Below, piece after piece: positions 25,586 to 40,215 of a stretch of 64,000 bases of DNA (position 1 is its first letter; each line of letters begins with the position of its first letter). Below the pieces are notes generated by a model. That model was not told the origin of the DNA. It did not search any database and saw nothing but the letters and a program-made list of their open reading frames with translations. This stretch comes from the human T2T-CHM13v2.0 reference genome, Homo sapiens. Position numbers and translations under genes: made by a program. The stretch lies in assembly GCF_009914755.1 (NCBI RefSeq), contig NC_060928.1; one strand, given 5' to 3'.

Positions 25586-27229
25586 TGTTAGTATGACTCT
25601 TATTAAGAACTATTTAGATAGAAATTTCAGAATAAGTTTTCACTAAATATAAGGTATAACATCATCAACATTTCAATATTATAACACTAGATTAAAAAGA
25701 TGTGGCACATAATACTGTTACACCCACTTACAGGAGAATAAAAGTATCTCACTGCTACAAAACAAAACAAGGTTTATATCACAGTGGTTGTGGTCATTGT
25801 ATTTAATCTTCGATGGTTTGTTCACAATTATTTTTATCAGTCTCTTCAGAATACAATTCTTACTTTAAAGTGAAAAGATTGCATTTGAGGTTGTATAATT
25901 GGTTTATACTCATTTGTAGTTAGGCTACATAGTATTAAAAGAAAAACAACTTTTTTGCAAACTTTTTAGCAAAGAACAAGAGATATTACTGGCCCTTGCT
26001 TCATGCAATAATTGGGGGCCTTGAAACTGTTATTGCCTTCGTTTATTTGCTTGAGTTTTTAAATGCTTTTTACTAACTGTGGTATAGATGCTAAGTATCC
26101 TAGTGGGCATGTTTGTATGCCATACCTCTGGAAGAAAACATATTATATAATTATATGAGTTCAACTGCTGTAATAATTTGCACACCCAAAGCCAGGACTC
26201 AGAGAGACAGCAAAGTTTACTGAAAGATCTAAATTCCACGGGGGAAAAAAAAAGGGGGTCTAATGGATGGCAAAGCATTATAGCCCATTATATTCTGGGA
26301 ATGCTATGTAGAATATCCACCCCACTAAATTAGGACAAATAGTATTAGAAATTCAGGAAGAAAAGTGAGCATGTTACCAATTTTGTGTTTCTTGCTTCTT
26401 TTACGGTAAAACCTAGACATATTATATTATATTTGCAGCTTAACTCACTGTCTTTTACTCTTTCCCTAACTGCAAACTGTAATGTAAACAGTTTAAAATG
26501 AATGAGGTTACATACCGACTTGTCCTTGTATTCTTTTGTGGCATTATTGTACCCAGGTTATGGATTCTGTCCCATAACACGTAACTGTCTTACACGTATA
26601 TCAGATAACAAGCCATTTGAAAGGAGGGATACTTTTTTACATATTATCACAATATCATTTTGTAATCTTATATGCTTAATAGGTAAGACAATGAACATTT
26701 CAGGATTGCAAAATGGTAAATTGTATGAGAATGAGTACAATACAAGAATTCTGGCATAATACTAAAAGGACAGCTTAGTACAATTATGAATAATTCTTGG
26801 TAGGAAAATTGAGCCATTTAATGCAATACAATAAAAAACTTGGCTTGCAGACATGGTTATTTGCATTGTGGGAAGTAGTTTAGCAATTCTCCCAGAAGGA
26901 AATTATTTTTAGAAAGTGTGTGATAAAGTTAGTAAAGAATTGAATAAGTTAATGATTCATTCAGCAACTCTGGCAATGTTGCATAATCTATAGGCTACAT
27001 ATGTGTTTAGGTAAATAATAAAGAAACTTGGGATACCAAGTTGAAGGAGAAAGTGTATTATTCTTGCAGAAAAAAATTTCTATTCCATTCAACTTAATAA
27101 TTGAAGCAAATGCAGCAACAAGAGCTGATGTTTATCCATTGATTAGTGTACTTAGTTCTCAAATAGAGTATCACAGATAAATTTATGTAAAATTGATATA
27201 TGAAAAAGAAAAATGTCTGAAAAGAAATA

Positions 27230-28330
27230 GAAGTATGGCAACAATAAATCAACAAATTGAACTTCTAATGAAGGCACAGAAATTATAAAAAGAAAGGGAA
27301 AGTGTGGAATTTAAGAATACAATAAGTAAAACTTAAAAATCAACTAAGGTAAACCAGCTTTAGATTCGTAATGTCAGAAAAGAATTGATAAACTTAAATA
27401 TAAATTGACTTTAAAATCATAAAATACAGAGAGAAAAAGCAAGTTTGAGCCTAAAAAATAAACAGAACCTCACAGACCTGTAATAAAACATCAAATATTT
27501 TGGCATAATTGCAAATGGAATCCCAGAAGATTGAAAAAAAGAGAAAACTAACTTTGAAATCCAATTTTTTCTTATTTTATTTATTAGTGGTTAATAAGTA
27601 TGTGAAAAGATGTTCAACATCATTATTAATTAGGAAAATACAAAATCTCCAAGGAGATATTTCTGTATATTATTAGAATTGTTATACAAACAAACAAACA
27701 AAGTAAGGATGTAAAGAAACTCAAATCATTCTATTATTCTGAGGTTAATGTAAAATTGTACATCCATTTCAGGAACAGTTTGTTAGTTTCTTAAAATGTT
27801 AAATATAAATTTACCCTACAACCAAATATATATCCAAGAAAAGACAAGTACGCAAGTGTTTAGAATGTGTTACTGACAATAGCCATAAAAGTGGAAACAA
27901 TTCAAATGCTCTTCAACTTGTGGAGGGATAAACAAAATGTGGTATATCAATACAACAAAATATTAAGCAAATTAAAAGGAATAACTACTGATATATATAG
28001 CACAACTTAGATGAATCTTAAAAATATTATTATGAGTAAAGGAACTCAGATCCAAAATAGTACACATTGTATGTTCCATTTATAAGAAAGCTTTAGAAAA
28101 GATAAATTAAAAGAAAAAGAAAACAGTAAAGCTCTTGCCTTGAGCTAATAAGAGAAGCAGGAGTTAAGTGAAATTAATACAAGGGAACTTTTGGGATAAG
28201 GAAATATTCCAAACCTGAATTTTGTTGTTAGTTGCACAACTCTACAAATGTATTAAATCATTAAATTTTAAACTTATGATGGATGAACTTTATGTTTTGT
28301 AAATCATCCATCAATAAAACTGTTAAAAAG
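27230..28330 (+). mobile_element. Old L1 (L1M/L1ME) fragments: ORF1-like part, then ORF2 end/3'UTR
   Basis: A-rich ORF1-like sequence at 27300-27550; then GAAAAGATGTTCAACATCATT, GGATAAACAAAATGTGGTATAT and ...CAATAAAACTGTTAAAAA. Confidence 0.7.
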
Positions 28331-28740
28331 TACTGAAATCATCATTAATAAGAGTATGAGGTCTAAAAAATGACAATGTCCATGGAGGATGGCATTGCGG
28401 TCATAGCCTGTGATTATCCATATAGTATACAACATATAGGAGACATAAAAGCAGTGCTAAATTATGAATTATTAGCCTTCTTATTGCTATTACACATGGA
28501 AGGTGAAGAGCTGGTGAGTCTTGAAACTGCATCCAATGGGCAGTAAAAACATGACCGTTCCAGAGGAAAGCACAGATCTTTTATTCAGGAGCAAAATAAA
28601 TTTGTTTAAAATTACAGATATAGTTCTATAGAAGTATTGTATATGGTAATTCAATTTTCCTTAGAAGGATCATGAGAGAAATTTGCTATATCTTATAAAT
28701 GCCTCACTATGGTTCTGAGGTTAATGTATATTGGCTGTAG

Positions 28741-29175
<435 letters not shown>

Positions 29176-29850
29176 TTACTTTAACATAGTTTTTCTAAAG
29201 AATATTAAGACCATCACATACAATGTATGCATTGCATATTTCCCTCTTTCCAAGCAGAAAGCCAGAAACTGGACAAAACACTCATTTTGTCAAACCATTT
29301 TATTGCTTCCTAGGGACATATTGTACTTATTGCCACAGTAGATACAAAATTTTTCTTATTTTAAAAACTGAAATTGTCCTTGTCTTTTTTTTGTCCTTGT
29401 CTTCCCATGTTGTAGAAAACAATTTGTTAAAGTTATCTTGATAGATTTCTTCAGACGAAGGAAAATGATATCAACTTGCTTATTACAGAGAATATATTGT
29501 CATAATCTGAGTTTGAATATAAATTTATTAAACATGTTCAGTTGTCTATGCCCAGGGAAGAAAAAAGAAAATTAAATAAATATGTGGGTTTCTGAGTATG
29601 TGTATATATCACCATCAGGAGACACCTGCCAGTAATTTTATTACACACTCCACAAATATTTTTTTATATGCTGGTGAGTTATGGCTGCTCAATGACGTTT
29701 AAGTATATTTTACAAAGAGATATGGAAGACACTGCCAACTGACATGAAACTCAACTAAATAATACAATTTGGATTGAAAGCCATCTGGGCACTGTAATTG
29801 CTCACCATAATGCAACTTAATAGAAAACAGTCAAGCTAGTACACAAAAAA

Positions 29851-29880
29851 TAATTAATTAATTAATTAATTAATTAATTA
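29851..29880. repeat. (TAAT)n self-complementary microsatellite
   Basis: TAATTAATTAATTAATTAATTAATTAATTA. Confidence 0.95.
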
Positions 29881-31499
29881 AAAAAACAGACAACAGGTGT
29901 ATTTATGCAAACTGTAGTGCAGAGAATGGACCATGTTAGAGAACTCATATGGAAAAAAAATGTCTGATTACTAAAAAGGAGGCTCTTTTGATAGGCTATA
30001 GTTTTAGAGCAATTAAATATTGAATTAGAGTTGTTAAAGTGTATTTAATAACATCTAAACTATGAAAGGGTCAGTAGATAGAGATTAAGTCATTTCTCTG
30101 GTAACAATTTCTCCAGTGCCAATAGTAACAGGCTCTTGTCTTCATCAAGAAATGAAAGAGACATATAAAGAATTATATGCAGTCAGAAATTCCTCAGTAG
30201 TCCCCCCCACCAAAACATTTATTTTATTTCAGGTAAGGCTGAATCACAACCACATCTGTAGAAAGAAGTAAGCACACTTCCAAAGAGTTCAATCCAGAGG
30301 TTCACCATTTGGGCAGGTTTAGCAGATGCATCTTGGAAAAAGACTGGTGAAGATGCCTGAAAGAAATATCCTCGGCAATTCCCGACATAAGAGAACACTG
30401 ATTAGTAATGCAATCCTCATATTACCACCAAGAAAGAAGAACACAGTCCTGCTCTTTGCAAGGGATCAATGAATCCATGGGGGGATAATGTGAAAATTTT
30501 ATTTTATTTTTCTTGTTTCCCCACCGCCCCCCACAGGGCTTGGCTGACAGCAGCCCACAATAAGAAAGTTAGGGAGATACATTCAGAATAAGAGTTTAGA
30601 GTTGGTGCCCAGAAGTTGATTAATTTGGATATAGTGAAAGGGCTAAACACTGTGCATATGTTCATTTGGGAAGAGATATTTGGGAATGTCTTCCCAAATG
30701 TCTCTTCCCACCTTCCCTCTACTGCTAAACCCAATTCCACTGGCCATCAGTATGAGACAAAAGAGAATGAAAAGAGAGATAGTCATCCAGAGGGGCACAG
30801 AAAGGACTTAAAGGGAACCAGGTTCAGGAAAAGGGAGTGGGAAGTGACGCGATCCACACAGGACATGGTTTCTTCATGGACTGTGGATGGGCTGTGTTGC
30901 TGAGTGAGAAAACCTGAGCCAGTCATAAGGGAAGGAAGAACCCTCACTTGAAAATCACCTTCTCAATAAATGATTTGAGAGTTCTGTGCCTATGTTTTTT
31001 GTTATCTTTTTTTGGAGGGAGAGCAAAGCACATTTAGAAAGTCAAAGACAAGGCAATATTAGGGAACAATAAGCAGAGATGAGGATATAGCACAATCTTA
31101 TATTTTAGGGTCCATGTATTAAAATAAAGAGACCAAGTAATATTCTCCCATTAAGCACTGACCTTAAAATATATTGTTGCCAGAGAAAATAAATTATGAA
31201 ATGAGACTGAACTATAAGAATGGTCATTGTTTGGTATTACCACACACTTTATTTCCTTGCCTTGATTCTTTTTAAATATATGGAGGCCCTTTTTATTTCT
31301 GATTGACTGAAGTACATGGAAAATGACAAATTCACTATACACTGGAATTAAGTGTTCTATGATTAGGACTGCAACATAGAAAAAGCTTAAAAGTTTGAAA
31401 AAATTTAGAAACATGATTTATTATTGTATGGGCAATAATATGGGAAAGGCTAGGCCTGAATGACAAATAATTTCTAAAATATCATCACGTTAATAAGAT

Positions 31500-31790
31500 A
31501 GTCGTTAATTTTTTGTTCTGCCACTCTCTCTCCTCTACTGTATAGTTAAGCACTCTAGAACACTTGACCTACAAGGCTGCCAGTAGGCGAGGGAGAGGAC
31601 AGATATTCCAAAGATGATTTTATGGCTTGTGCATGGAAAAGGTATGAATTATTTCTATCAACATCTCACTAGCTAACACAGAGTTATATGACTATCCAAC
31701 AGCAATGGAAGCTGGAACATGTACTAACTTGTGTGCCCATGAAGAAAAGAAAAGGCATATTGGTGAGGAGCAAGAACATTTCCAGTTACA
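31500..31790. mobile_element. Old MLT1 (K/L-type) LTR fragment
   Basis: GCAATGGAAGCTGGAACATGTA...TGTGTGCCCATGAAGAAAAG...ATTGGTGAG resembles old MLT1 termini. Confidence 0.45.
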
Positions 31791-32626
31791 GCTATTTTAG
31801 AAAAATGTTTGGTTTTAAGAAAATAGATATATAAAAATAATATAAAATTTAACTATATATTTTAGTGGAAATTTGGAATATAAGTAATTGAGCCACATTA
31901 AAATTTTGAGTTATAAATTAATGTCAGAGTCTCCTTAATGTTAAAATCACACTAATTCTGAGTTCTTTAAGCACAGATAAATAGCAAACTCACATATTAT
32001 CCTTGGATTCCTTCCTTAATATTTTCAGGAATTTCCCACTAGTAATATTTGTAGTCCAAAAAATCCCATTCTACCAATTTTATGCCATCTTTCTCTACTA
32101 TTGAAGCACAGCACCTCTGGCTGCTTCTGTGTTTTTAAGTTCTCTTCCGCCCTTCTTGCTCATCATAATTCCATTCTGTAAGTCATATTTTCACGCAGTG
32201 GTAATTTGATTTCAGGGAAGAAGCAAATATCTTTCAAAACTGTCAAAAGTCCATGTAAATCAGGCTAGTACTTAACAAAGAAATAATAAAAGCTGGGAGG
32301 ATACCAGATGTACAATTCTGAGGATAACCTAACTTGCCACTGGTGGTTCAAATTCTAAAATCCTGCATGCATTCCCTGCTTAGCTAGAGCAGGACACCAT
32401 CACTGATTGGAAGAGAGAATGGTGCACTCTCTAGTCCACCCTCATATCTCTTCACATGGAACTCTTGTCCTCCAACTTTTCCTACCTCTGAAACAAGAAC
32501 AGAAAATTTTCTCACATTACTCTGTTCAAGATAGTTCTATGCTTCCTGAAACCAAAATATACTAGGGCAACATGATGTACATAGCCTTCAATAATTGATA
32601 AAATGGAGCAGAATAATTCCTTAAGA

Positions 32627-32731
32627 CAGAGGTGTCCAATCTGTTGGCCTCCCTGGGCCACGTTGGAAGAAGAAAAATTGTCTTGGGTCACAAATGAAAT
32701 ACACTAACACTAACAATAGCTGATAAGCTAA

Positions 32732-32763
<32 letters not shown>

Positions 32764-32867
32764 CATCAAAAAAATCTCATAACGTTTTTAGAAAGTTTAC
32801 AAATTTGTGTTGGGCTGCATTCAAAGCTGCCCTGGGCTACATGTGGTCCACTTGTTGGATGGGCTTG
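32627..32867 (+). mobile_element. MER30 (hAT-Charlie MITE)
   Basis: CAGAGGTGTCCAATCT...CCCTGGGCCAC.TTGGAAGAAG...CACTAACACTAAC with internal A-run; 8-bp TSD CCTTAAGA/CTTTAAGA. Confidence 0.9.
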
Positions 32868-34495
32868 CTTTAAGAGGAAAAACAAACAAAAAAACCTGAC
32901 AATAATTTTTAAGAGGCACAGATCTATTAATAAATGTATTAATAAATTATATTGTGATGCATCCTAGACAATGTCTTTATTATTAGATTTCTAAAGGGTT
33001 TTAAAAATGTTCTTATTTTGGGTATTTTTACATTTACCTATAACTTAAAAGTGTCACACTTGGAAATGAAAATTCAATGAAATAATTTCAAAATCTAATA
33101 GAAGTGGCAATGTGATGAAATGTTCTACATTAAATAAAGTATTATATTTTTTATATTTGCAAATATATCTTATTACCTTTAGGTTAATGAAACTATCTTT
33201 TATTGAGTAATATTCTTATATATTTTGAAACATCCTATATATTTAATCTGCAGCAAAGTTTATAAAGAAAATCATAACAATAACATCTTTTTATAAGAAT
33301 AAAATATCACAATTTTGAAATTTAAAATATGTTCAACATAATTATAAGAAAACAGATTTGAATAGCAACAAGATTATTTTTATTCTGGGGAATAATTTTA
33401 TATTATATAAATGGTTATAAGATTTATGAAAGAAAGTATCAGTTTATTCAATATATCAATATGAGATCCAAAATTTATGGAATATATCTCAAAATCAAGC
33501 TTAATAATGAAATATATTTCAATTGTATACTACAATGTACTTTTGAGATTCTAAAAGAATATTGGCTGGTAAAGGTACCTGAGTAAAAATCTATTACATG
33601 CCATTTTTATAGTAATGGATTACGGGTGAGTAATTCATTTGACAACAGCCCCAGTCATCAATATTCTGAATATGATGTAGCAAACACAATTGAAATGTCA
33701 GAGCAAACAATCCAATAATGTAGTATTCTTTTATTTTTATTTAAAATTTAGCTTCATCAAGAAAATAAAAAGCTACCTTACATTTTCTGATAATTTGTAA
33801 CAGTATTGCAAGTATATATTTTCAAAAAAGTTACACATTATTATACTTAGTGATTATAGTCATTAGGTTCTATTAGTTGGATTATATCCCAAGCGTTGTG
33901 TCAAAAGTTTAAGTCAATTCTTTCCTTGAGTATTTTATTCTTAAATATTTTTTAATAGGGCTTAAAAATGTTTGCTGTTCAAATACCTGGCTTTGTATTG
34001 TGATTCTTGCCATGACCTTATACAGTTTATCAGATAAATCTTTCTATCTTATGCCTGAACCATGAAAGGTGAGTATAATATTAACTAGCTGTTAATCTAA
34101 CTTGTTATTCGATATCCTCTACTTAAATCACCATTTAAGAAATATGATTTAGAACATAAATTTAGAATAATTTTCCCTAAGTACTAATAGGTCTTCTTTT
34201 CCAGTAAACTACATAGCTTTTTAAGCATAGTATTTAGAATAATAAAGAGTGAGTTAAAATGATCATTTTTTTGTTTCTAATTCATAACTACATAATTTTT
34301 TGTTATTTAATCAAATTATTCAACCCGATCAAGATACCATGTTTCATCTAGAATTAATAATAGTATACATCTGCTGAAGACTTCGTAAGTTTTAAATTTA
34401 AAACACTATGTGATACAACTCTCTAAATTTCAAATATCAATTCAAATGTTAGTAATTATCATATTTGTAATAAATTAAATGATTATGGTTTGCAC

Positions 34496-34706
34496 CAGGC
34501 ATCAATGAATTGAAGTCCAGTCAGGCTGCTTGTTTCTATCAATAAAATTTAATTGGAACACTGTCATGACAAATTGTTTACATATTGTCTATGATTGCTT
34601 TCTTGCTACAAAAGCAGAACTGAGTAGTTACGGCAGAGACCATGCAGCTTGCAAAACTGAAAATATTTATTCTCTGGCTGATTATGAATTAATTTATTAA
34701 CCTCTG
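34496..34706 (+). mobile_element. MER58A (hAT-Charlie)
   Basis: AATAAAATTTAATTGGAACAC...TTTACATATTGTCTATG...GAGTAGTTACGGCAGAGACC...AAAATATTTA. Confidence 0.8.
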
Positions 34707-35171
34707 ATTATGCTATTAATTATATAAATGTTTTAGTTTTTGTCATCAAGACTGCTGGACTTATAAATGTCATTAAAACAACAGTGCCTTATGTCCTATT
34801 TTTAAAACCTTCAATTATTACATTGGTCTATAAGCATGATTGTTTTTATTACTTACAACATTTGGCTCAAAATATCACTGTTAATTAGCATGTATGTTAT
34901 CACAAGTTCATAGATTTTTTTAAGTTTTTTTTGTGTGTGTATGTGTGCGATTAATATAAAAAGATCAGTGCTTCTTTCTAGTCTTACAAGCATGGATGAA
35001 TGTAACCAAGTTAATAGCATATACATATATAAATGTATAAGCTTATATATTTATACCTATATATCAAATGTCACATATCACATATCATTCATAGATAGAT
35101 AGATATGAATATTTTCATGTTTCTGCTGGGAATTTTTAGTTAAGACTTTAATTTCTGAATTTATTTTATTT

Positions 35172-35216
35172 TATGTATGTATGTATGTATGTATGTATGT
35201 ATGTATGTATGTATGT
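35172..35216. repeat. (TATG)n microsatellite
   Basis: About 11 TATG units. Confidence 0.95.
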
Positions 35217-35234
35217 GCTTACTTTCTTATTTTT

Positions 35235-35680
35235 GTTTCCAGGGCTGAGGATGGTAGTCCCATCTTCAACCATTTTCTCTGCTTGTCTTCAGTGATACAA
35301 CTCTCTTCAGGCACTCACACTGCTTCCTGTGGATTAAGGCAGACATAGATATCCTACAAGGGAACTGAACATGATGGGGAAGCTGGTTGTTCACCTTCAT
35401 CTAACCTTTTACGGTGTAGAAACAGTGAGTTGGTGGGAAATTTTCTGCACTCTTGGTGCTGGGCAGAATGAGGGCACAAGCATCATGGATGTGCAAGTCC
35501 AATTCGCTTACCATCTGCTCAGAGATTTTCACTTCTCTGTGACCCCACAAACTACCCTTTCTTCATATTTGAGCCCTTGGCTATTTCTGGTAATAAACTC
35601 AATGCTGTATATTTGGTTTTGGTTTTCTTTGTGGAGAAAGAAGACCGTTTTCTTCTATGCTGCCACTTTGGAAACCTGAA
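35235..35680 (-). mobile_element. Old L1 (L1M) 5'UTR fragment
   Basis: Ends CTTCTATGCTGCCACTTTGG, the antisense of a CCAAGATGGCGG-like L1 5' start; GC above background. Confidence 0.55.
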
Positions 35681-37009
35681 TTTATTTTACTAATATTCTT
35701 CCATTTGAGTTGAGTTGTGAAAATGTTTGGAATCTCTTGCTATTTTATATGCAAAGTACATCTATGTACTTTGCTATAGTCAGTTTTGCTATAGTCAGTC
35801 AGTTTTGCTACAGCACAAAATATGTGTTATTATGCAAGACTGCACAGAGAAAACTAGAGGGCTTATGGAATGATGCTAAAAACTTAGTAACACACATTTT
35901 TAAAACGCAGAATCCTAATTGAGAGTCACAGAATTTTACATATGACCATTTTTTAATAAATCCATAATACATAGAAAATACCTGAAGTTTACTTGTGGAA
36001 GGATTGCAGCTTGTGAGTTATTCTGAAGTGATGGATGGATGATAATCTGAAATGTGATGGAATGTTATACTATAAGATCATGTGACACAATGGTAGTGGT
36101 AGGTGTGTAAGAGGTATGATGTGTGTATTTGTGTCTATGTGTGTCTGTGAATTGATTTGGTTGTGAGCAATTTTCCACATTCAGTTTCCCACACATGAAA
36201 TAATGCATAAGAAAATGTGAAATTTGCATTAATCTAAAATTGTTCATTAGTGTATCAATTGCCTCAGAATAAATTTGTATTTATAAGCAAGTGTTACAGC
36301 AGAGCTTAATATACATGGAGATCATTTCTCAATCTTTTCTTTCTTTGTTTATGCTAGTAAACTATGATACATCATACATACATGAACATCTTTCTTCTTA
36401 AGCCTACAGTCTGGAAGTAATTCCAAGGCATGATGTCCTAGATTACCTTACCCAAATTCTTTACTTCCATACTATCCAGCAGTTAAATAGTCTCCTAAGC
36501 AGAATAAATCCCTTTGCCCAAAATGAAAAAGAATGAGAATTTAAAAAGCCCTAATAGCAAGTCTTTGAGAGGACCTAGTCTGTAAGATCACAATTTTCAT
36601 GGCTAAACAAAATAAATCTATTATATTCCAGTTTCATTGATTTTTCTCTATGATCACATATTATTTATTATTTCTCTACATCTATTTGAAAAGGTTTATT
36701 TGGTAGAATAGTAATTACAGAGTTATGTGATTTATTCAAAATTATATATTTTATTTGCTACAAAAATAAACATTTATTTACAAAATTATATTTACATAAA
36801 AATACACTGTACCAGCATTTTTGCAAAACTCATAAAGTTTGTTTTAAAAAAAAAAACCCTTGTCCACATTGTGCCCTCTGTTACACAATTTGGTGCAAAT
36901 AAATTCCTAGAACGCTTAGAAAAATTTCTCCTATCCCCAATATTAGCCTCACATTTGTTCTTCCCAAATCGAATTTAGAGAGTGAAATGATGAACAAAGA
37001 ATCAAAGTT

Positions 37010-37116
37010 GTGCTCACTTTGGCAGCACATATAATAATATTAGAACAATACAGAGAAGACTAGCATGGTTCCTGCACAAGGATGACACACAAATTCATGA
37101 AGCATTCCATATTTTT
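37010..37116 (+). pseudogene. Full-length U6 snRNA processed pseudogene (5' part of a U6/L1 chimera)
   Basis: 107 nt collinear with U6 (GTGCTCGCTTCGGCAGCACATATAC...TTCCATATTTTT); 13 substitutions by my alignment, 7 of them at the 7 CpGs; ACAGAGA box retained; no upstream PSE/TATA, TSD directly adjacent. Confidence 0.96.
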
Positions 37117-38945
37117 ACACCAATAGAGAAGCAGAGAGCTAAATTATAATGAAATCCCATTCACAATTGCTAAAAAGAGAATAATATACCTAGGAATATA
37201 GCCAACAAGGGAAGTGAAGGGCCTGTTTAAAGAGAACTACAAACCGCTGCTCAAGGAAATAAGAGAGGACATAAACAAATGGAAAAACATTCCATGCTCA
37301 TGGATAGGAAGAATCAATATAGTGAAAATGGCCATACTGCCCAATGTAACTATTAGATACAATGCTATTCCCATTAAACTACCATTGACATTCTTCACAG
37401 AATAAGAAAAATCTAATTTAAGATTAATATGAAACCAAAAAAGAGTCCGTATAGCCAAGAAAATCCTAAGCAAAAAGAACAAAGCTGGAGACATCATGCT
37501 ACCCAACTTCAAACTATGCTAAAAAGCTACAGTAACCAAAACAACACAGTACTGGTACAAAAACTGACACATAGACCAATGGAAATAAAAGAGAACTCAG
37601 AAATGAGACCACACGTCTACAACCATCTGATCTTCAACAAACCTGACAAAAACAAGCAATGGGAAAAGGATTCCTCATTTAATAAATGGTGTTGGGAAAA
37701 CTGGCTAGCTATATGCAGAAAACTGAAAGTAGACCCCCTTCCTTACACCTTATACAAAAATTAACTCAAGATGGATTAAAGACTTCAATGTAAAACCCAA
37801 AACTATAAAAACCATATACAAAAATTGAGGCAATACCATTCAGGACATAAGTACAGGCAAAGATTTCATGAAGAAAACACCAAAAGCAATTGTAACAAAA
37901 GAACAAATTGACATATGGGATCTAATTAAACTTAAGAGGTTCAGCACAGCAAAAGAAATTATCATCAGAGTGAACAGGCAACCTAAAGAATGGAAGAAAA
38001 TTTTTGCAATCTATCCATCTAACCAAGGTCTATTATCTAGAATCTACAAGGAACTTAAACAAATTTAAAAGAAAAAAAATCCCATTAAGAAGTGGGCAAA
38101 AGACATGAACAGGCACTTTACAAATGTTGGACGTTTATGCGGCCAAAAACATATGAAAAAAAGCTCAACATCACTGATGATTAGAGAAATGCAAATCAAA
38201 ACCACAATGACATACCATGTCATGCCATTCAGAATAGTGATTACTAAAAAGTCAAGAAACAACAGATGCTGGCAAGGCTGTGAAGAAACATGAACACATT
38301 TACATTGTCAATGGGAATGTAAATTAGTTCAACCATTGTGTAAGACAGTGTGGTGATTTCTCAAAGACCTAGAACCAGAAATACCATTTGACCCAGCAAT
38401 CCCATTACTGGGTAAATACCCAAAGAAATGTAAATTATTTTATTATAAACAAACATGCATGCATATGTTCATCGCAGCACAATTCACAATAGCAAAGACA
38501 CAGAATCAACCCAAATGCCCATCAATGATGCCCATCAATGATAGAAAATGTGGTTTATATACACCATGGAATGTTATGCAGCATAAAAATGAATGTCTTT
38601 TGCAGGCACATGAATGGAGCTGGAAGCCATTATCCTCAGCAAACTAACACAGAAACAGAAAACCAAACCAACATTTTTCTCACTTATAAGTGGGAGCTGA
38701 GCAATGAGAACACATGGACACAGGAAGGGGAACATCACACACTGGGCCCTGTCAGTGGTGAGGGCAGGCAGGGTGAAGGAGAGCATCAGGATAAATAGCT
38801 AATGCATGTGCAGAGCTCAATACCTCAGAGATGGGTTGATAGGTGCAGCAATCCACCATGGCACACGTTTACCTATGTAACAAACTTGCATGTCTTGCAT
38901 ATGTACCCCAGAACGTAAAATAAAAAGAAAGAATTTTTTTTTAAA
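37117..38945 (+). mobile_element. 5'-truncated L1PA (approx. L1PA10-13) fused to U6
   Basis: Decayed ORF2 frames ([40 protein letters not shown]), 3'UTR and A-tail; TSD AAAGAATCAAAGTT at 36996-37009 and 38946-38959 encloses U6 plus L1. Confidence 0.95.
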
Positions 38946-39246
38946 AAAGAATCAAAGTTACTCATTTTAATAAAAATATGTCTGCTAGCTTAGATCAGTT
39001 CTCACTCTGAGTTATTACAAATAAAAATGAGTATTTGGAAGACAAACTAATCCAAGTTCCACTTGACTTAGAGCCTTTCCTTTGAAAGTTATCTTTTGCA
39101 TTAAAAACAACATTAATGAATTTTCTTTGTAGACTAAAAGGCTTGCAGAATCAGTTGGTACTTATTAGACACCGAGCCTTTTTCAAGACAACTGTTCAAT
39201 TTACCTAGGTTTCATGCTCTGCATCACATTTACCTCTTCATAGTGA

Positions 39247-39705
39247 TTACCATATATATATAACCATACATATAATATATATTATCATATGTACAGTATA
39301 TATTATCATATATATTACCATGGTATACATATTACCATATGGCATATACATGCATATATAACATATATAGTATATATATTTTACACATATATAGTGTATA
39401 TATATTACCATGTTATATATAGTATGTACATATATATTACCATATATATGGTGTATATATGGTATATACATAGTATAGTATATATTATATATATACCATA
39501 TATAGTATATACCATATATATACCATATATAGTATATACCATATATAGTATACATACCATATATAGTATATAGTATATACCATACATATATATACCATAT
39601 ATAGTATATGCCATAAATAGTATATACCATACATATAGTATATATACCATATATAGTATATACCATACATAGTATATACCATATATATACCATACATATA
39701 TATGG
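39247..39705. repeat. TA-rich minisatellite (approx. TACCATATATAGTATA units)
   Basis: Recurrent TATACCATATATAG units, most regular at 39490-39695. Confidence 0.9.
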
Positions 39706-39884
39706 TAAACACTATGAAATATAACTAGTTTACATGAACAACTAGATCAATAGGTAGTGCAAAAATAAAAATAATTTACTCAAGCATATCTGTTTATGAC
39801 AAACATGGCACTGCATAGAAAAGAAGATATTTTCAATGTTGCTGAGTCATTTGAGTTTCCATGAGTGTGAAAAAAGGAAACAAA

Positions 39885-40215
39885 TTATATATAATACGTC
39901 ACTTATCATATATCATAATATATAATACATACATAATATTTAATGATACATAATAATATATAATGTGTACATATACATATACATAATACATAATAATATA
40001 TATGTTATCATGTATAATATGTATATATTTATACATATTATATATGATACATAATATATATGTATAAATATATTATTACATATACCTATATCTCTCTCTC
40101 TATAGGTGTATATATGTATATATACATATATAGTATACCATATTAGTATAGCTATAGATGTGTATATATATAGTATATATAAAAATATATATAGCATATA
40201 CCACATGTATATATG
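39885..40215. repeat. TA-rich low-complexity block
   Basis: Degenerate (TA)n/(CATA)n. Confidence 0.85.

Noticed and set aside
37010-37116. Functional U6 gene
   Set aside because: 13 substitutions, no upstream PSE/TATA, fused to L1 inside a TSD.
37214-38798. Active L1 ORF2
   Set aside because: Split into many short frames by stops and frameshifts; 5'-truncated.
39247-40206. Tyr/Ile-rich ORFs (also 16736-17178 and 47596-48035)
   Set aside because: Translations of (TA)/(CA)/(TG) repeats, which lack stop codons by composition.
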